64,000 nucleotides of DNA from Eledone cirrhosa (lineage: Eukaryota). A program made the translations under genes and the position numbers. Below, piece after piece: positions 27,258-43,232 of this stretch. The stretch covers positions 287,308,001-287,372,000 of the forward strand of contig OZ024742.1 of assembly GCA_964016885.1 (NCBI GenBank), in the 5' to 3' direction. The first letter of the stretch is position 1, and every line of letters begins with the position of its first letter. Under the pieces are notes generated by a model. That model did no database searches. It was not told the origin of the DNA and was given only the letters and a program-made list of their open reading frames with translations.

Positions 27258-27627
27258 TACTCTCGGATCTCGAAAAATTGCCACCCGCCTCCATGCTTAT
27301 TAATTTTCCAGATTTTTTTCCCATCGACACCCCACTCTTATTCCAACACCCCGATTATTAAATTTTGCTAATCTATCTCCGGCGAAATGTTATTTTAATT
27401 TTCTCTAGACATTAAATAACATTATAAATAACAAAAGAAAGTACATTACCAGAAATCCCATGTTATAAAATAGGTTTGGCGTTTCAATATGTAGTCTAAA
27501 CGACTTATTCTGTTTTTTTGTTTTTTTTAAATTACCGATTTTCCACCATACCTGTTTATCCCCACCCCCATTTATTCTAACCCTCCCCCCGCTTATTTAC
27601 CCCCCCATTATTTGAGTCCCGAGAGTA
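27258..27627. mobile_element. MITE, TA-flanked, CTCTCGG TIRs
   Basis: TA-CTCTCGGATCTC ... GAGTCCCGAGAG-TA; subterminal CCCC.CTTATT repeats. Confidence 0.8.
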
Positions 27628-27654
27628 ACTATATTAAACATGTGACCGTACCGT

Positions 27655-27668
27655 GCTACTACCACCAT

Positions 27669-27707
<39 letters not shown>

Positions 27708-27885
27708 AACCCCCCCCAACCACCACCACCAACAACAACTCCAGCACCACCACCACAACCACCACCACCATCATAACCACAACTACTACTACTACCACCA
27801 CAGGTGTATGAATGTTTGCTCTTGGGTGTGGCACTAATTGAAACACCTTCTACTTCACCAGTTGGTCATAGACACCACACTATGT

Positions 27886-27920
<35 letters not shown>

Positions 27921-27948
27921 CCATCATCATCGTCATCATCATCATCAC
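27655..27948. repeat. Mixed trinucleotide repeats (CTA/CCA/CAT)
   Basis: Low-complexity tandem runs. Confidence 0.9.
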
Positions 27949-28048
27949 TGTCGTTTTAACGTCCCCTTTCCTTGCTGTTTTTATTTATTTATTATTTATT
28001 TGTTTTATGTCAACTATTTACTTTCATTATCTATTTATTTATTATTAA

Positions 28049-28238
28049 GGGCGGTGGATTGGCAGTATCGGTAGAGGGTCGGACGCCATGCTTTGCAGCA
28101 TAGTTACGTCCCTTTACGATCTGAGTTCAAATCTCGCCGAGGTTGACTTTGCCTTTCATCCTTACGGGGTCGATAAAATAAAGTACCAGTAATGCACTGG
28201 GTAATTGCTGGCCTTGTGCCTAACGTAGAAACAATTAT
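28049..28238 (+). mobile_element. SINE family 1, full length
   Basis: Reverse complement of 4531-4717. Confidence 0.85.
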
Positions 28239-28259
28239 CTATTTATTTATTTCTTCTTC

Positions 28260-28985
28260 TTGTTCTTCTTTGCCCACTTATTCCAGAGAGGGTCGTGGGG
28301 ACAGAGACCTCAAACATTCCTGTCTCAAACTGATCAGGCTAGATCCCCAAGTAAGAACAGCCAACCTCATGGATGTCATCCAGCCATCTTGCTCAGGGTC
28401 TACTCCTGGGTCTCCTGCCAGTTGGTTTTGCCCATAAAATCTGTCCAGTGATTCTTTCCTGAGACATTCTAACTACATGTCCACAGTATCGGAGCTGTGA
28501 TCTCTCAATTCGGAGAAGTAGCGGCTCTACCTGGAGTGACTCTCTGATTTCCGAGCTACAAATCTGTCCAGTGATTCTTTCTTGAGACATTCTAACTACA
28601 TGGCCACAGTATCGGAGCAGTGATCTCTCAATTCGGAGAAGTAGCGGCTTTACCTGGAGTGACTCTCTGATCTCCGAGCTACGCACTTTATCGAGTAAGT
28701 TATTCCAAAGACGCTTCAGAGGAACCCCATTTCGGTCGCTTGTATTCGCGATCGTATTCTTTCGGTCATTACCCAAGATTCATAACCATATGAATTGTCA
28801 CGAATACCGAATTAAAGATAGTGAGTTTAACTTTTACACCTACCTCTCTTCTTCTAATTACTGAATACTGAAGCTGGTGAATTACTGCACCAGCTCCTGC
28901 AATTCTTTCTTATCACCGAGCTACGCACTCTATCGAATAACATTTGGAGCTCGGAGATCAGAGAGTCACTCCAGGTAGAACCACT
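28260..28985 (-). pseudogene. RTE-like LINE 3' fragment with internal ~123-bp tandem duplication and short inverted piece
   Basis: LLRIERSQLRYCGHVVRM..GRRPRSRP, partly repeated. Confidence 0.75.
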
Positions 28986-29378
28986 ATCTAGATGCCTTTC
29001 TCTCCGGACAACAACTCATTCCCTTCTTTAGGTACCACTTTAGAAGGAGGATCAGATTGGTGAGAGAGGCACTGCACCCCAGTAAATTTACTGAAAGGTG
29101 GGTGAATGTAACAAAAATGGCCCGAGTGATTGGGCCTTCTCTGTAGGTTGAAGAGGAGGGCAAAAGGAAGAAAGGAGCACTTGCACAACACGCTCCTGAA
29201 GTTGAGGGTTGTTCCATCGACGGGGTATTAAACAACCCATTTGTGGCACCTCCCCCCTATTGGGGATTTCGATTGTTAAATTTGTTTCAATATTTTTACA
29301 CGATTGTATGTAAAATCCCCGGCAAGTGTCCTTGTTTTGTCCCCTTTGCGTGTGCGCCCTTGTGGCAAATAAAGAAAC
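28986..29378 (+). mobile_element. Probable L1/Tx1-type LINE 3' end
   Basis: RRIRLVREALHPSKFTERW.. stop, 3' UTR, AATAAA, then (TATC)n. Confidence 0.45.
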
Positions 29379-29406
29379 CTATCTATCTATCTATCTATCT
29401 AGCTAG

Positions 29407-29474
<68 letters not shown>

Positions 29475-29604
29475 TCATTTATTTATTTGTTGATCTATTT
29501 TATTATGTTCGTTTCCGCCTAGTTTTGAAAAATGTACATTAAAAACAAAAATAGATTAAACAACTATGACTATGACGTTAGTGTACCAATTTCTGTAGCA
29601 ACAG

Positions 29605-30006
29605 TAAAACCACCATAACCGCTGTCACCACCACCATAACCGCTGTCACCACCACCATAACCACTGTCACCACCACCACAACCACCAGCGGTGGCGACAA
29701 CGACGACGACGACAACAGCGACCACTACCTCGACCACAACCACAACCACGACCACGACCACGACGACGACGACGACCACGACCACCACCAACGCTGCCAC
29801 CGCTATAGCTACCATCACTTACTGCCACTATCACACTAGTTTTAATCACCTCAACTACAACTACCACCACCAGCAGTACCACCACCACAACCACCATCAC
29901 CACCACCACTACCAGCAGCAACAAGAGGACTACCACCACCACCACAACCACCACCGTACCACCACACCACCACAACGCCTCCACTCCTAGCAATAACGAC
30001 AACAGC

Positions 30007-30052
<46 letters not shown>

Positions 30053-30088
30053 GCCTTAATCATCATCATCATCATCATCACGACCACT
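29605..30088. repeat. 21-bp minisatellite (about 3 copies) and mixed CCA/ACG/CAT repeats
   Basis: CCACCATAACCGCTGTCACCA repeats. Confidence 0.9.
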
Positions 30089-30453
30089 TTTGTTATGGTA
30101 TATAGAACTAGGTTTTTTTAAATCAGTTGATCGCAAGCAATATTAAACTTCTGACATCACGGTATCAAGATCACCCAATCTTTATCTTACTAGTCTGAGT
30201 TGAAATCAAACGAAAATCTTCGTTTTTTTTTAAAAAGCAATCTGGATCTGATAAGCTCGGGAACTGTTGTCCGTAACACAGAGCAGAGAAGTGACTAATG
30301 CAGTGGGTGTCACCAGCACTTCCCCTGAGGTGTTCGTAAGACATCTGATAAAATGTATACCAACAAAGTTACTAGAGTCAACAAAACCGATTACTTTAAT
30401 TTCAAGTACACGGACACACATGCATACGTAATGTAATGTATACACACACACAC

Positions 30454-30590
<137 letters not shown>

Positions 30591-30848
30591 CAGCCCGTTG
30601 TCTATTTCTATTTTAAAAAAAAAATCTATTTATGTCGCTTTTGGTCAAAAGACACCCGTAAATTTTCCTGCGTCAACTGGTATCACAAGTGCAGTATCAA
30701 TTTAATGCGCAAATCAACCTTGATTTTATATGTTCTGGCTTGTTAATTTATTAACCCGCCATAGAACCACATTGGCATACGGTTGGATAATACTTGTTCC
30801 CCTATATATATTTTTTATACGTAGGAATTCATACTTTATTATATACAC

Positions 30849-31452
<604 letters not shown>

Positions 31453-31519
31453 TATATATATATGGAACATTACATTGATCTAACATTCTTTCTTTATTTT
31501 AATTTATATTCCTTTTGAA

Positions 31520-31638
31520 GTTCCGACGAGCTGCTCTAATTGTACCTAAGTTAATTATCTTCAACTGAACCAGATCAATAATGATCTATAATCATTTGAT
31601 CCAGAAACATTATATGGAGTAGCGAAACAATTGTAAAC
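31520..31638 (+). ncRNA. Hammerhead variant (CCGACGA core) with long helix II insert
   Basis: GTT CCGACGA GCTGCTC..GAGTAGC GAAAC AATT GTA^ AAC. Confidence 0.6.
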
Positions 31639-31811
31639 GGACATTATTAATATTATTATTATTATTATTATTATTCTCTACATTCCTTACATTAAACTAA
31701 AACTATGTTGACAATCTTTTAATAATGTCTTCCTTGTGAAATGTGTGGTCTTGTTTTGCTTAACTAATGAATATATATATATACATATACATATACACAC
31801 ATATATATATG

Positions 31812-31861
<50 letters not shown>

Positions 31862-31876
31862 TATATTGACATATAT

Positions 31877-31997
<121 letters not shown>

Positions 31998-32197
31998 AAA
32001 GAAAATTTCGCTCTACATGGCTGAATACAATAAATGTATTCTGAGTTTTTCGAATATCAACAATAACATTCGATTCGTTTGCAATTATGCAAACAAGCCT
32101 GTCTGCTAATATGCAAATCAGGCCGATCAGTCACTGTGTATTTTTGAAAATACCATATATTTTTACTAGCTCTGACAGTTTGGCAGGTGAACAGTGT

Positions 32198-32243
32198 GCT
32201 GTACTGATGGAGGGTGATACCCAGAAACATTAGTGTCTGCAGT
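32198..32243 (+). ncRNA. Hammerhead variant (CTGATGG core) inside inverted repeat 32037-32100/32298-32360
   Basis: CTGTA CTGATGG aGGGT-gat-ACCCa GAAAC ATTAGT GTC^ TGCAG. Confidence 0.6.
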
Positions 32244-32367
32244 TCTGTTCGAATGCCAACACAAGAGCAAGAATGAAGGGTTCATTCTACTGACATTGAG
32301 GCTTGGTTGCATAATTGCAAACGAATCGAATGTTATTATTAATATTCGAAAAACTCAGATTACAGTT

Positions 32368-32405
<38 letters not shown>

Positions 32406-32406
32406 C

Positions 32407-32470
<64 letters not shown>

Positions 32471-32955
32471 GTATATACGTATATATATATGTATATACGT
32501 ATATATATATGTATATAAATATATAGATCGATAGATAGATAGATAGAGAGAGTGGGTGAGGGGGGGGGGGAGAGAAAGAACGAATGAAAGAAAGAAAGAT
32601 AGAGATAGAGGGATATATAGAGAGATATATAGAGAGATAGAGATATATATAGTTCATTCTCCAGTCTCCTTCTTAACAAGGAAGATGTAAAAAACTTACC
32701 TCTTAATTTTAAATCTTTAATTTTTAGTTTTTAATTCTTATTAATTTTTTTTAATTGTAATACTCAACATTTGATAACATGAATTTTACTAATACATCGA
32801 AACCAGTAATACTTTATATACTTTATAAAACTCTTTTTTAAAAGAATTGTGCCTCTCATTTTTTCAATAATGTCACTTTGACGAATCAAAGATAGGAAAA
32901 AACAAAGAAAAACAGACCCTAAAATATATTTTTCGTGCCATTTCCAACTTCACCT

Positions 32956-33136
<181 letters not shown>

Positions 33137-33417
33137 GCTCTCATCAGATGAACATCTGAATCGAGAATGGAAACTTGGAGGCCCTGACATAAACAGATGT
33201 GCTTAACTGTGTGCATTCTATGTAGACATGTATGTGTATGTGGGTGCATATGTGTGTACGTATGTGTTTGTGTGTTCTTATATGCGTGTTTGTGTATGTG
33301 TGTGTGCGTGTGTGGTAACATGTGTTAATGTTTCGACTGTATAACCAAGTCTGGACTTCCGGTTCAAATATTCCAATACAATTCTCTCTTTCTCACCCCT
33401 CCTTCACACTCAATGCA

Positions 33418-34190
33418 CACATACACATATGTACACATACACATATGTACACATACACATATGTACACATACACATATGTACACATACACATATGTACAC
33501 ATACACATATATACACATAGACATATGTACACATACACATATGTACACATACACCTATGTACACATACACCTATGTACACATACACATATGTACACATAC
33601 ACATATGTACACATACACATATGTACACATACACATATGTACACATACACATATGTACACATACACATATATACACATACACATATGTACACATACACAT
33701 ATGTACACATACACATATATACACATAGACATATGTACACATACACATATGTACACATACACATATGTACACATACACCTATGTACACATATGTACACAT
33801 ACACCTATGTACACATATGTACACATATGTACACATACACCTACGTACACATCCACATATGTACACATACACATATGCACACATACACATATGCACACAG
33901 ACATATGTAGACATATACATATGTAGACATACATTTATGCACACATACACACATTTACACATACACATATGCACACACACACACACATGTACACATACAC
34001 ATACACACATGTAGACATTCATATATGCATACATGCACATATTTACACATACACATATGTACACATACACACATGTAGACATTCATATATGCATACATGC
34101 ACATATTTACACATACACACATGCACACATACACATATGTAGACATTCACATATGCACACCATATACATATGTAGACATACACATATGCA
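33418..34190. repeat. 16-bp minisatellite (ACACATACACATATGT)n
   Basis: Tandem array, degenerating 3'. Confidence 0.92.
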
Positions 34191-34291
34191 CATTAGACGG
34201 CAAACACCAGACTGCACCGTTCAGACATAGTAAACCAGGCAGTACAGTAATATTCACTTCGCACCACACTACAATGCAACCATTTGTGTTG

Positions 34292-34390
34292 TGACGTGGC
34301 TAAGTGGTTAGGACGTTCGACCTGGGATCATAAGGTCATGAATTAGATTCCCGGCAGATCGTTTATTCACGTTGCTTCAGTTCACATACA
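34292..34390 (+). mobile_element. SINE family 2 head, degenerate
   Basis: GTGGCTAAGTGG A-box; GAATTAGATTCCCGG. Confidence 0.55.
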
Positions 34391-34419
34391 TGGGAAAAAA
34401 ATGTACGTGAAGATTTTTA

Positions 34420-35557
34420 TTAATTGTTCAGATTCCCCCCCCCCCCCCCGCTTATTAAATGTTGTTAATCTATCTTCGACCCAATTGTATTTTAAGTGGT
34501 AGCATTCCTGCGACAATTAATTTTCTTTAGACACTTAAAAACATTATACCTGACAAAAAAAGTACATTACGTTATAAAATAAATAGTACATACGTTATAA
34601 AAAGTACATACGTTATAAAATAAATAGGATAGATTGTGGTCTCTATATGTAACCTAAACGACTAATTCTGTTTTTTTTTTAAATCAACGGAGACAACCTA
34701 GAAAAATTACCAATTTCCCACCCACCCTGCTTATTCTAACCCCTCACCCCACTTATTCCAACCCCTACTTATTCTAACCCTCACCCCGCTTATTCCAACC
34801 CCTGCTTATTCTAACCCCTCACCTCGCTTATTCCAACCCTGCTTATTCTAACCCCTCACCTCGCTTATTCCAACCCCTACTTATTCTAACCCCAACCCGC
34901 TTATTCCAACCTCTGCTTATTCTAACCCCTCACTCCGCTTATTCCAACTCCTGCTTATTCTAACCCCTCACCTCGCTTATTCCAACCCCTGCTTATTCTA
35001 ACCCCTCACCTCGCTTATTCCAACCCCTGCTTATTCTAAGCCCTCACTCCGCTTATTCCAACCCCTGCTTATTCTAACCTCTCACTCCGCTTATTCCAAC
35101 CCCTGCTTATTCTAACCCCTCACCCCGCTTATTCCAACCCCTGCTTATTCTAACCCCTCACCCCGCTTATTCCACCCCTGCTTATTCTAACCCCTCACCC
35201 CGCTTATTCCAACCCCTGCTTATTCTAACCCCTCACCCCGCTTATTCCAACCCCTACTTATTCTAACCTCTCACCCCGCTTATTCCAACCCCTACTTATT
35301 CTAACCCCTCACCCCGCTTATTCCAACCCCTGCTTATTCTAACCCCTCACCCCGCTTATTCCAACCCCTGCTTATTCTAACCCCTCACCCCGCTTATTCC
35401 AACCCCTGCTTATTCTAACCCCTCACCCGCTTATTCCAACCCCTGCTTATTCTAACCCCTCACTCCGCTTATTCCAACCCTTGCTTATTTTAACTGCTCG
35501 GTTATTCCAACTGCCCGGCTTATTTCACAAGCCCCTATTATTTGGGACCCGAGAGTA
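34420..35557. mobile_element. MITE (same family as 27258) with internal ~36-bp tandem array 34720-35495
   Basis: Unit CCCCGCTTATTCCAACCCCTGCTTATTCTAACCCCTCA-like; ends GGGACCCGAGAG-TA. Confidence 0.85.
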
Positions 35558-36171
35558 GTCGTTTAGTTGACTACATTGTTATCATAGGACGACCGGGTCA
35601 AAGTTAATGTGGTTCTACACAACAACAACAACCACAACCACAACCACAACTCACTTGTAGACATCATGGCACCAAACATCACCACACGCTTATATATTGC
35701 ACTATGCTGCAAATATAAGGTTTCACTTCAAAGGTATATAAGTACAAGCACACACGCATACACACATACAAATATATACACACACACATACACACAGATG
35801 CATATACATACATATATATACACACACACACACATACACACAGATGCATACACGCACACACACATACAAAACACACACAAAAACACATATATATATATTA
35901 CCATAGATTAAAAATTTAAGCAAACAATTTCTGCTTTCAGTCTTTTATATGTATATACAATATATATGAACGCGCACACACATATGTATGTATATGTGTA
36001 TGAATGTTAATGCTTTTCATGCATCTCAACGCATAATTCCACTAGAGTGCACCATTAGCTAGGTTAAGAGTTATATAATATATATTTCTATTTACCCACT
36101 TTGTATATAATCCAAAACCTTTCTTAAACAAGAAAAAACGAAACGTAACGCTTTTTTGTTTTCATTATATA

Positions 36172-36350
36172 TTGGCAGTATCGGTAGAGTCGGACACCAT
36201 GCTTTGCAGCATAGAGTTACGGCCCTTTATGATCTGAGTTCAAATCCCGCCGAGGTTAACTTTGCCTTCCCTCCTTACGGGGTCGATAAAATAAAGTACC
36301 AGTAATGCACTGGTATAATTGGTGGCTTTGTGCCAAAAGTACAAACAATT
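36172..36350 (+). mobile_element. SINE family 1
   Basis: Similarity to 28049-28238. Confidence 0.85.
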
Positions 36351-36442
36351 ATATATATATATATATATACACCGACAGTCGATCGATTTTCGTCAAATCG
36401 AACCGAGGAAATAACGTTTCCATTGGTCTTTCCAATTGCTAA

Positions 36443-36491
<49 letters not shown>

Positions 36492-36495
<4 letters not shown>

Positions 36496-36838
36496 TACTT
36501 TGGGAGGGTCATGTTGCCAATAAGAAACACACGCACCAGTTGTTTCACTTCAATTTATTATAATAAATTTATAAATTTAGGAATTTATAAATTTCCGGTT
36601 GGTTGGTTCCACAACCAGATGATTGTTTATATATTGTCAAAGTTCTTTCGTCACACATTCTGTGACCTCTTCAGTGACTGGGGATTCTTTGACAATATAT
36701 AAACAACCATCTGGTTGTGGAACCAACCAACCGGAAATTTATAAATTCCTAAATTTATAAATTTATTATAATAAATTGAAGTGAAAGCAACTGGTGCGTG
36801 TGTTTCTTATTGGCAACAAGACCCTCCCAAAGTATAAC
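36492..36838. repeat. ~150-bp inverted repeat centred on a hammerhead
   Basis: Arms 36492-36642 and 36687-36838. Confidence 0.9.
36636..36678 (-). ncRNA. Type I hammerhead ribozyme
   Basis: rc GTCA CTGAAGA gGTCAC-agaatgt-GTGAC GAAA GAA CTT^ TGAC. Confidence 0.8.
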
Positions 36839-37004
36839 AATATCGGTTTCAACACACGTTTTCAGATAAAGAATCTTGCTAAACAAATTCAGAAACGAAA
36901 TATATTTATATATTTATGTAGATATATAATATGTATATATATATGTATACATAATATATATATATATATATATATACATATATATACATATATATATATA
37001 CATA

Positions 37005-37058
<54 letters not shown>

Positions 37059-37097
37059 AATATATATATATACATATATATATATATATGTATATAC

Positions 37098-37696
<599 letters not shown>

Positions 37697-38493
37697 ATAT
37701 ATATACATATATATATTAAGTTGACGGACCCAGCATAGGTATCACTGCTAGGACCGGTTGGATCTCAGCGTACTCAATAGGTAATGTAAAATACACTCCC
37801 AGAGTATACACATAGTTATTCGTTTCAATAAAACACACGTAAACGGGTACCTTCAATTGCTCCCGAACTCGGGTTTCGGCCACACTTAATGCAGCAACAC
37901 AGTGCACTGCACCCTCTGTCCGCATATATTATGCAAGAATGCACAATTGGCGCATGTGGCTTCATCATCGGGCTTCGCCTAATCAATAACCAATCGATCG
38001 ACAGAATTGGACTCCAGTCCGTGTCGGCTATGACTATATGTGACGGCCAACACAGTAAAATATTGGTAACTGGAATCTCTCTGCGTTACAATGTTGTCTC
38101 CTGATTGGTTACCGATTTGTAAATTTACGTGACAGTAGGAGACGAAATTCAATTAGTTCCGCCCCGCCATAAGCACACAGCCAACGCATCTCAAACACAA
38201 ATTAACAAGTGAGTGAAAAATCGGTTATTAGAGAAAATCAGTGTACAATACAATGGTAGCATTCGGCTCCAGTCTCCATGTACCATGGTGAGAAATGGTG
38301 CGATAGTAACAATGGTAGTGCCTAAAACCTTTCCGGACATTAAATGCCAACAGACGATTAGACAGCGATATAGAGTAGTGTGTTGGTTAGAGTCTGAATT
38401 CTAGATATTACGGCGAACCACGTGCGTTCACCGGTCTATTTTACAACTTGTACGATTTAATAGGTAAATGAGAGAGAAAATTTATATATATAT

Positions 38494-38594
<101 letters not shown>

Positions 38595-38644
38595 TATATA
38601 TACCGGTCTATTTCACAACGGAATTAATAGGTGAGAAAGAAAAT

Positions 38645-38743
<99 letters not shown>

Positions 38744-38747
38744 CATA

Positions 38748-39998
38748 TCTAATATATATTTGCAAAATGGGCGGTGGTTGAAATTCAGATGTGCACGGTT
38801 AAATGGTAGTAGACATGGTCGGACGGACATGAAAATTTACACACCTATGTAAAAAGTGCCACGGAAGCAAATAGACGAGGTTTCAAATTTCTAACTTGAA
38901 AAATGTGGTCCCTGGGGCCCCAAAACTATCGCGTTCGGTGCGTTATTTCCTCCTGTTTTAATACTTTTGTCTAAAAAAACATATCAAAGACAACGTTATT
39001 TCGCTGTTAATAAACTTTTGGCTACTGCAGTACGTTTCATTTTCATTTTTAAAATACAATTTTAAATTTAAATAATTCTATAACGATCATACAGTACTGT
39101 TTTATGAAATCGATTCTGCAGTAGAATTTTACGAAATGCCAAAACGAAAAAGTAACTGTTTTCTAACAAAAGAAATAAAACCCTTACATTGAGAACCCCC
39201 TGTTCTAATACTGAGGTTAGTTATTTCCCCCTCTTCTAATAAATATCTAATATATAGAGGCCCCTCTTGCTGACCAGGGCAATCAAAGTGTAAACTATCA
39301 TACAGTACCGTTTTATGAAATCAATTCTGCAGTACCATTTTACGAAATGCTAAACCGAAAACAGTCACTGTTTTCCACCAAAAGAAATAAAACCCTTAAA
39401 TTACGAAGAAGGGAGTCATGTTCTCAAGTACGTTTTTTTCAGATATCATTTTCATTTTATTTCTAATACATGTTAACCACCACTAACAGTAAGTAGTATT
39501 TTTCAATTCATTGTCTTATTTAAAATAACATATCAAAGACAACGTTATTTCGCTGTTAATAAACTTTTGGCTACTACAAGCTTCCATGGTTACTGAGAAA
39601 ATCGATGAAACAGGAATTTCCCATTCAAATTGAACTGAGAGTAATCTGAGAACGCAGAAGTAAATATTTCGAGAAACGTTGCAACCGAACGAAAACAGGA
39701 AGACGATATTTTGGTTCGTGAAGACGTTCCCTGGCAATGAACGGGAAAAAAGCGAGGATAATACATCGTTATGTGGAGCGTGAAGAACAATTTAATGCAA
39801 AGACAAGACCAAGTTTATGGTATAAATAGAGTCGTTAGACTAATATTCCATTTAAAAAAACAGAATGATTTCCAGCCCCGGAGTTTAAGAATGATGTAAA
39901 TAAAATTGAAAACGAAAATGATAGAGGTTATTAAAATAGTAAAAGTAAATAGTGAAGATTTAGGCCCCGACGGACATACACATACATACGCGCACGCC

Positions 39999-40053
<55 letters not shown>

Positions 40054-40483
40054 GCGCGCGCGCGCGCGAACGCATAAACCTTATGCATTTCTACAGTATT
40101 TTCACCAAACTTAAGACATAGGTTACTTATGTACTCCGGATGGTCATGGGCACTGTCATTTTTCCAGATATTGATTATAGGGCCCCCCGGCAGATAACCC
40201 CTTTAACCACTTTAACCACTTCCTTGGAGTCGACTGAAGCACTGCAGTGCAATGCAACAAAACGTCATAACTTCTGGAGTTCGCAACCGATTTTCACAAA
40301 ACTTGACACATGGGCTACGTTTGGCACATATTGGGTAGGGGACCCCGGGGGGCAGGAACCCCCTTTTGGAAAAAGCGGATGATTTTGTAAAAGTATACTT
40401 TTCGAAGCAGCACTGAAGTATTGACATAAATGGTATACACAACTGCTATTTAATATCCGAGCAACGCAGGGTACCTCTGCTAG
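38748..40483 (+). mobile_element. Non-autonomous Helitron
   Basis: A|TCTAATATATA 5' end; 3' CCGAGCAACGCAGGGTAC..CTAG|T; no TSD; internal duplications. Confidence 0.75.
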
Positions 40484-40498
40484 TATATATATATAATA

Positions 40499-40574
<76 letters not shown>

Positions 40575-41254
40575 ACATTTTCTATCTCACCTATTAAATC
40601 GTTGTGAAATAGACCGGTATATATAATATATATTATATATATATATGTAAACAATGGCTCGTCGAACCTTGAGCTGATCAATAGCGAAACACGCGTCACC
40701 AACTAATAAACGTAATGAAGGAGTAACCATTCGTCCTTGTATTACAATACTACACTCTGTCTAGCTCTACACCACGATACTGACGTGAAGCTAAACATCA
40801 AGTGCTCACCCGGGTGAACCTACAGTAACTCCGCGTTACACTCCCTGGATATATATATATTCGACCTGTATCGATCTGGCCCGACTCTGGAATCAAAAGC
40901 TCGTCGGACCTCTGTTGTAGTAATGACAGAATGAATATATAAGGCATATCTTGGAGTCCTCGCCAGTGTTCCCTAATCCTTTCTCCTATGCTACGGGCTG
41001 GTTCACCTATGTATGTTATGTTCTTATTCCTACACTGTCCCTCACTACATCTTATGCTATCTACAACGTTTCTAGTTTTGCAATTAGATTGCAGGCTTAG
41101 CTTGCAGAATATGCACTTCCTATCAGTGCAGCGGGTTCTTTGAAAGGAATACGTTTTACTAATCAGGTTTTTTTATGGGAATACCTGGTCTTTCAACTAT
41201 CTTAATATTTAATTTGAGCTTTTCTAGGGCCCTTCTAAATCTCTAAGCTAGTTC

Positions 41255-41330
<76 letters not shown>

Positions 41331-41349
41331 AGAATAACTGAGGTGTCTG

Positions 41350-41900
41350 GCACATCACATTGGGCAACGTCTTCCGGAGGCTCACGGCCAAAATAACTTG
41401 TAAGTCAACTGTGGGAGACTTGAAAGAGGAACTGCACCCTATTCAACACAGGGTAGGAGTTAAATGTGGAGGTGAGTCATTTGCTCATGCAGCGAAATAT
41501 TTCATTGAACATGCACACGCTTCACCACCCCACCCTCTTGAAAAGTCGAACATGCAAAACACCTTTTGTAGTTTTAGGTGTGAACATATCCTAGAGAGGT
41601 GTCAGAGAGGTATTCCCGGAATTCTCTTACTGGACACCCATCATAATCATTGCTACTGGTTAATATTATCACATTCGCCACAGGACGTTTAACAAAGTGG
41701 CCCATTTCTTGCTAGACATTTCTTTGCATTGGCTGTCGACCGCTCCTGTTTTCTTTGGCTATCGACAACATTGCCAACTCAGTTAGTTTACTTTTCAATA
41801 TCTGATATGGTATCTGGACTGCGTGACACTGAGTGGGTGGTTGAGTTGCATCTGTCTTAGATGACCTTCCGAAAATCATCCAGCCCCTATCACTCCTCAC
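41350..41900 (+). pseudogene. CRE-clade-like non-LTR RT fragment
   Basis: GNVFRRLTAK..LHPIQ..VGVKCGGE..HA; decayed QQGDP-like and WYLD motifs. Confidence 0.6.
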
Positions 41901-42194
41901 ACATAAGATTAACTCGCCCTAGTCAGAGGTGATAAATATGAAGTATCGTGAAAATCAATATAATAACACCGCATAGAGCTTTCGATTCTTTGTAACTGAG
42001 ATACGCCTTGGATTTCGATTCTTTGTGACTGAGATACGTCTTACTCCAATGGACGATGCCAACATTCTTATCTATCCAGTCCTCTTGAAAACCATACGAG
42101 AAGTGTCTGGAGGCCAAACAACTATCGTTTCTGACCCTAATCGTTATCAGGACAGTGCTCCCTTCCTTGTGGTTATTTAGATGCTAAACATAAA

Positions 42195-42241
42195 CATGCC
42201 ACCTGATGAAAATCCAGCCTGGTTCGAAAATTGATTCAATG
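42195..42241 (+). ncRNA. Degenerate hammerhead motif
   Basis: CTGATGA aAATC..GGTTc GAAA attga TTC; helix I weak. Confidence 0.35.
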
Positions 42242-43179
42242 TATTTATCATTTTTATTTTCAATTTATAGGGAAATTCGTATATTTGGCATCTTTACATG
42301 TCTATAAACTAAAAATGTGTTAATCTATATAAACATTTACGCAGTTCTGTTACTTTTGTATATACAGCTATAACCTATAGTATATTTCGGTTGCTTAGTG
42401 CACAACTTAATATATAATGTAGATATAGATATAATCTAGAGGATATGCGCTGTTATAATTAACTGAATGTTACAGTATACAAAGAACCTTCTTATGTAGA
42501 ACCTGATATAAGGAATAATATAACAGAAACTATAGCCATTTAGAACCGCAATCAGCATCTACAATTACGTGTATGACACATAGAAGTGTAAGAGAATAAG
42601 CTGTGTATATAAAAACATTGCTACTCAGGATGGCTCGATTAGTAACTAAAATAGTTCATAAATTCTCATATATATGAAATGTGACACAAGACAAGGTCTA
42701 CATAAAAAATCAAAAACAAAGAAAACAAAAATTGGAAAAGCGTTTTGTATTCATGAAATTTGAAATAGAAATTTGAAACCCCGAAACAAGAATTTGCAGC
42801 TGCACTGGAAAAATACAATATACGTTAATATTGCATGAAAGGAAGGCGTTAAAGAAAGGAAATATCAAGGATCCTAAATTCGTCGACTTGTCCTTTAATA
42901 TAATCTACACACATAGCGGTGAAAACATTTGGCGTCATGGGCCACAGAACTACCTCGGAATGAAGGCGGCCATCGAAATGAACAGAGGTTTATTGAGCTT
43001 TTTACTGAGAAACATTATCGATATATATTTTATATGTATTGATTAAACCTAAAATTAACTTTTTGTATACTCTACTTTTGAAAAGCAGAAGAACTGCGAA
43101 ACCAGTAAAGGAACCAAATAAATATATATATTTAAAAAAAAATAAGACTCCAGTTGCATTTTCGATTTCATCTTTTTTT

Positions 43180-43232
<53 letters not shown>

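Noticed and set aside
28049-28140. tRNA gene
   Set aside because: A/B boxes belong to a multi-copy SINE; no cloverleaf.
34720-35495. CRISPR-like or telomeric array
   Set aside because: No unique spacers and eukaryotic context; not a (TTAGGG)n tandem; derives from a MITE.
40655-40705. GCT..AGC GAAAC ACGC GTC half motif
   Set aside because: No CUGANGA or helix I; too little support.
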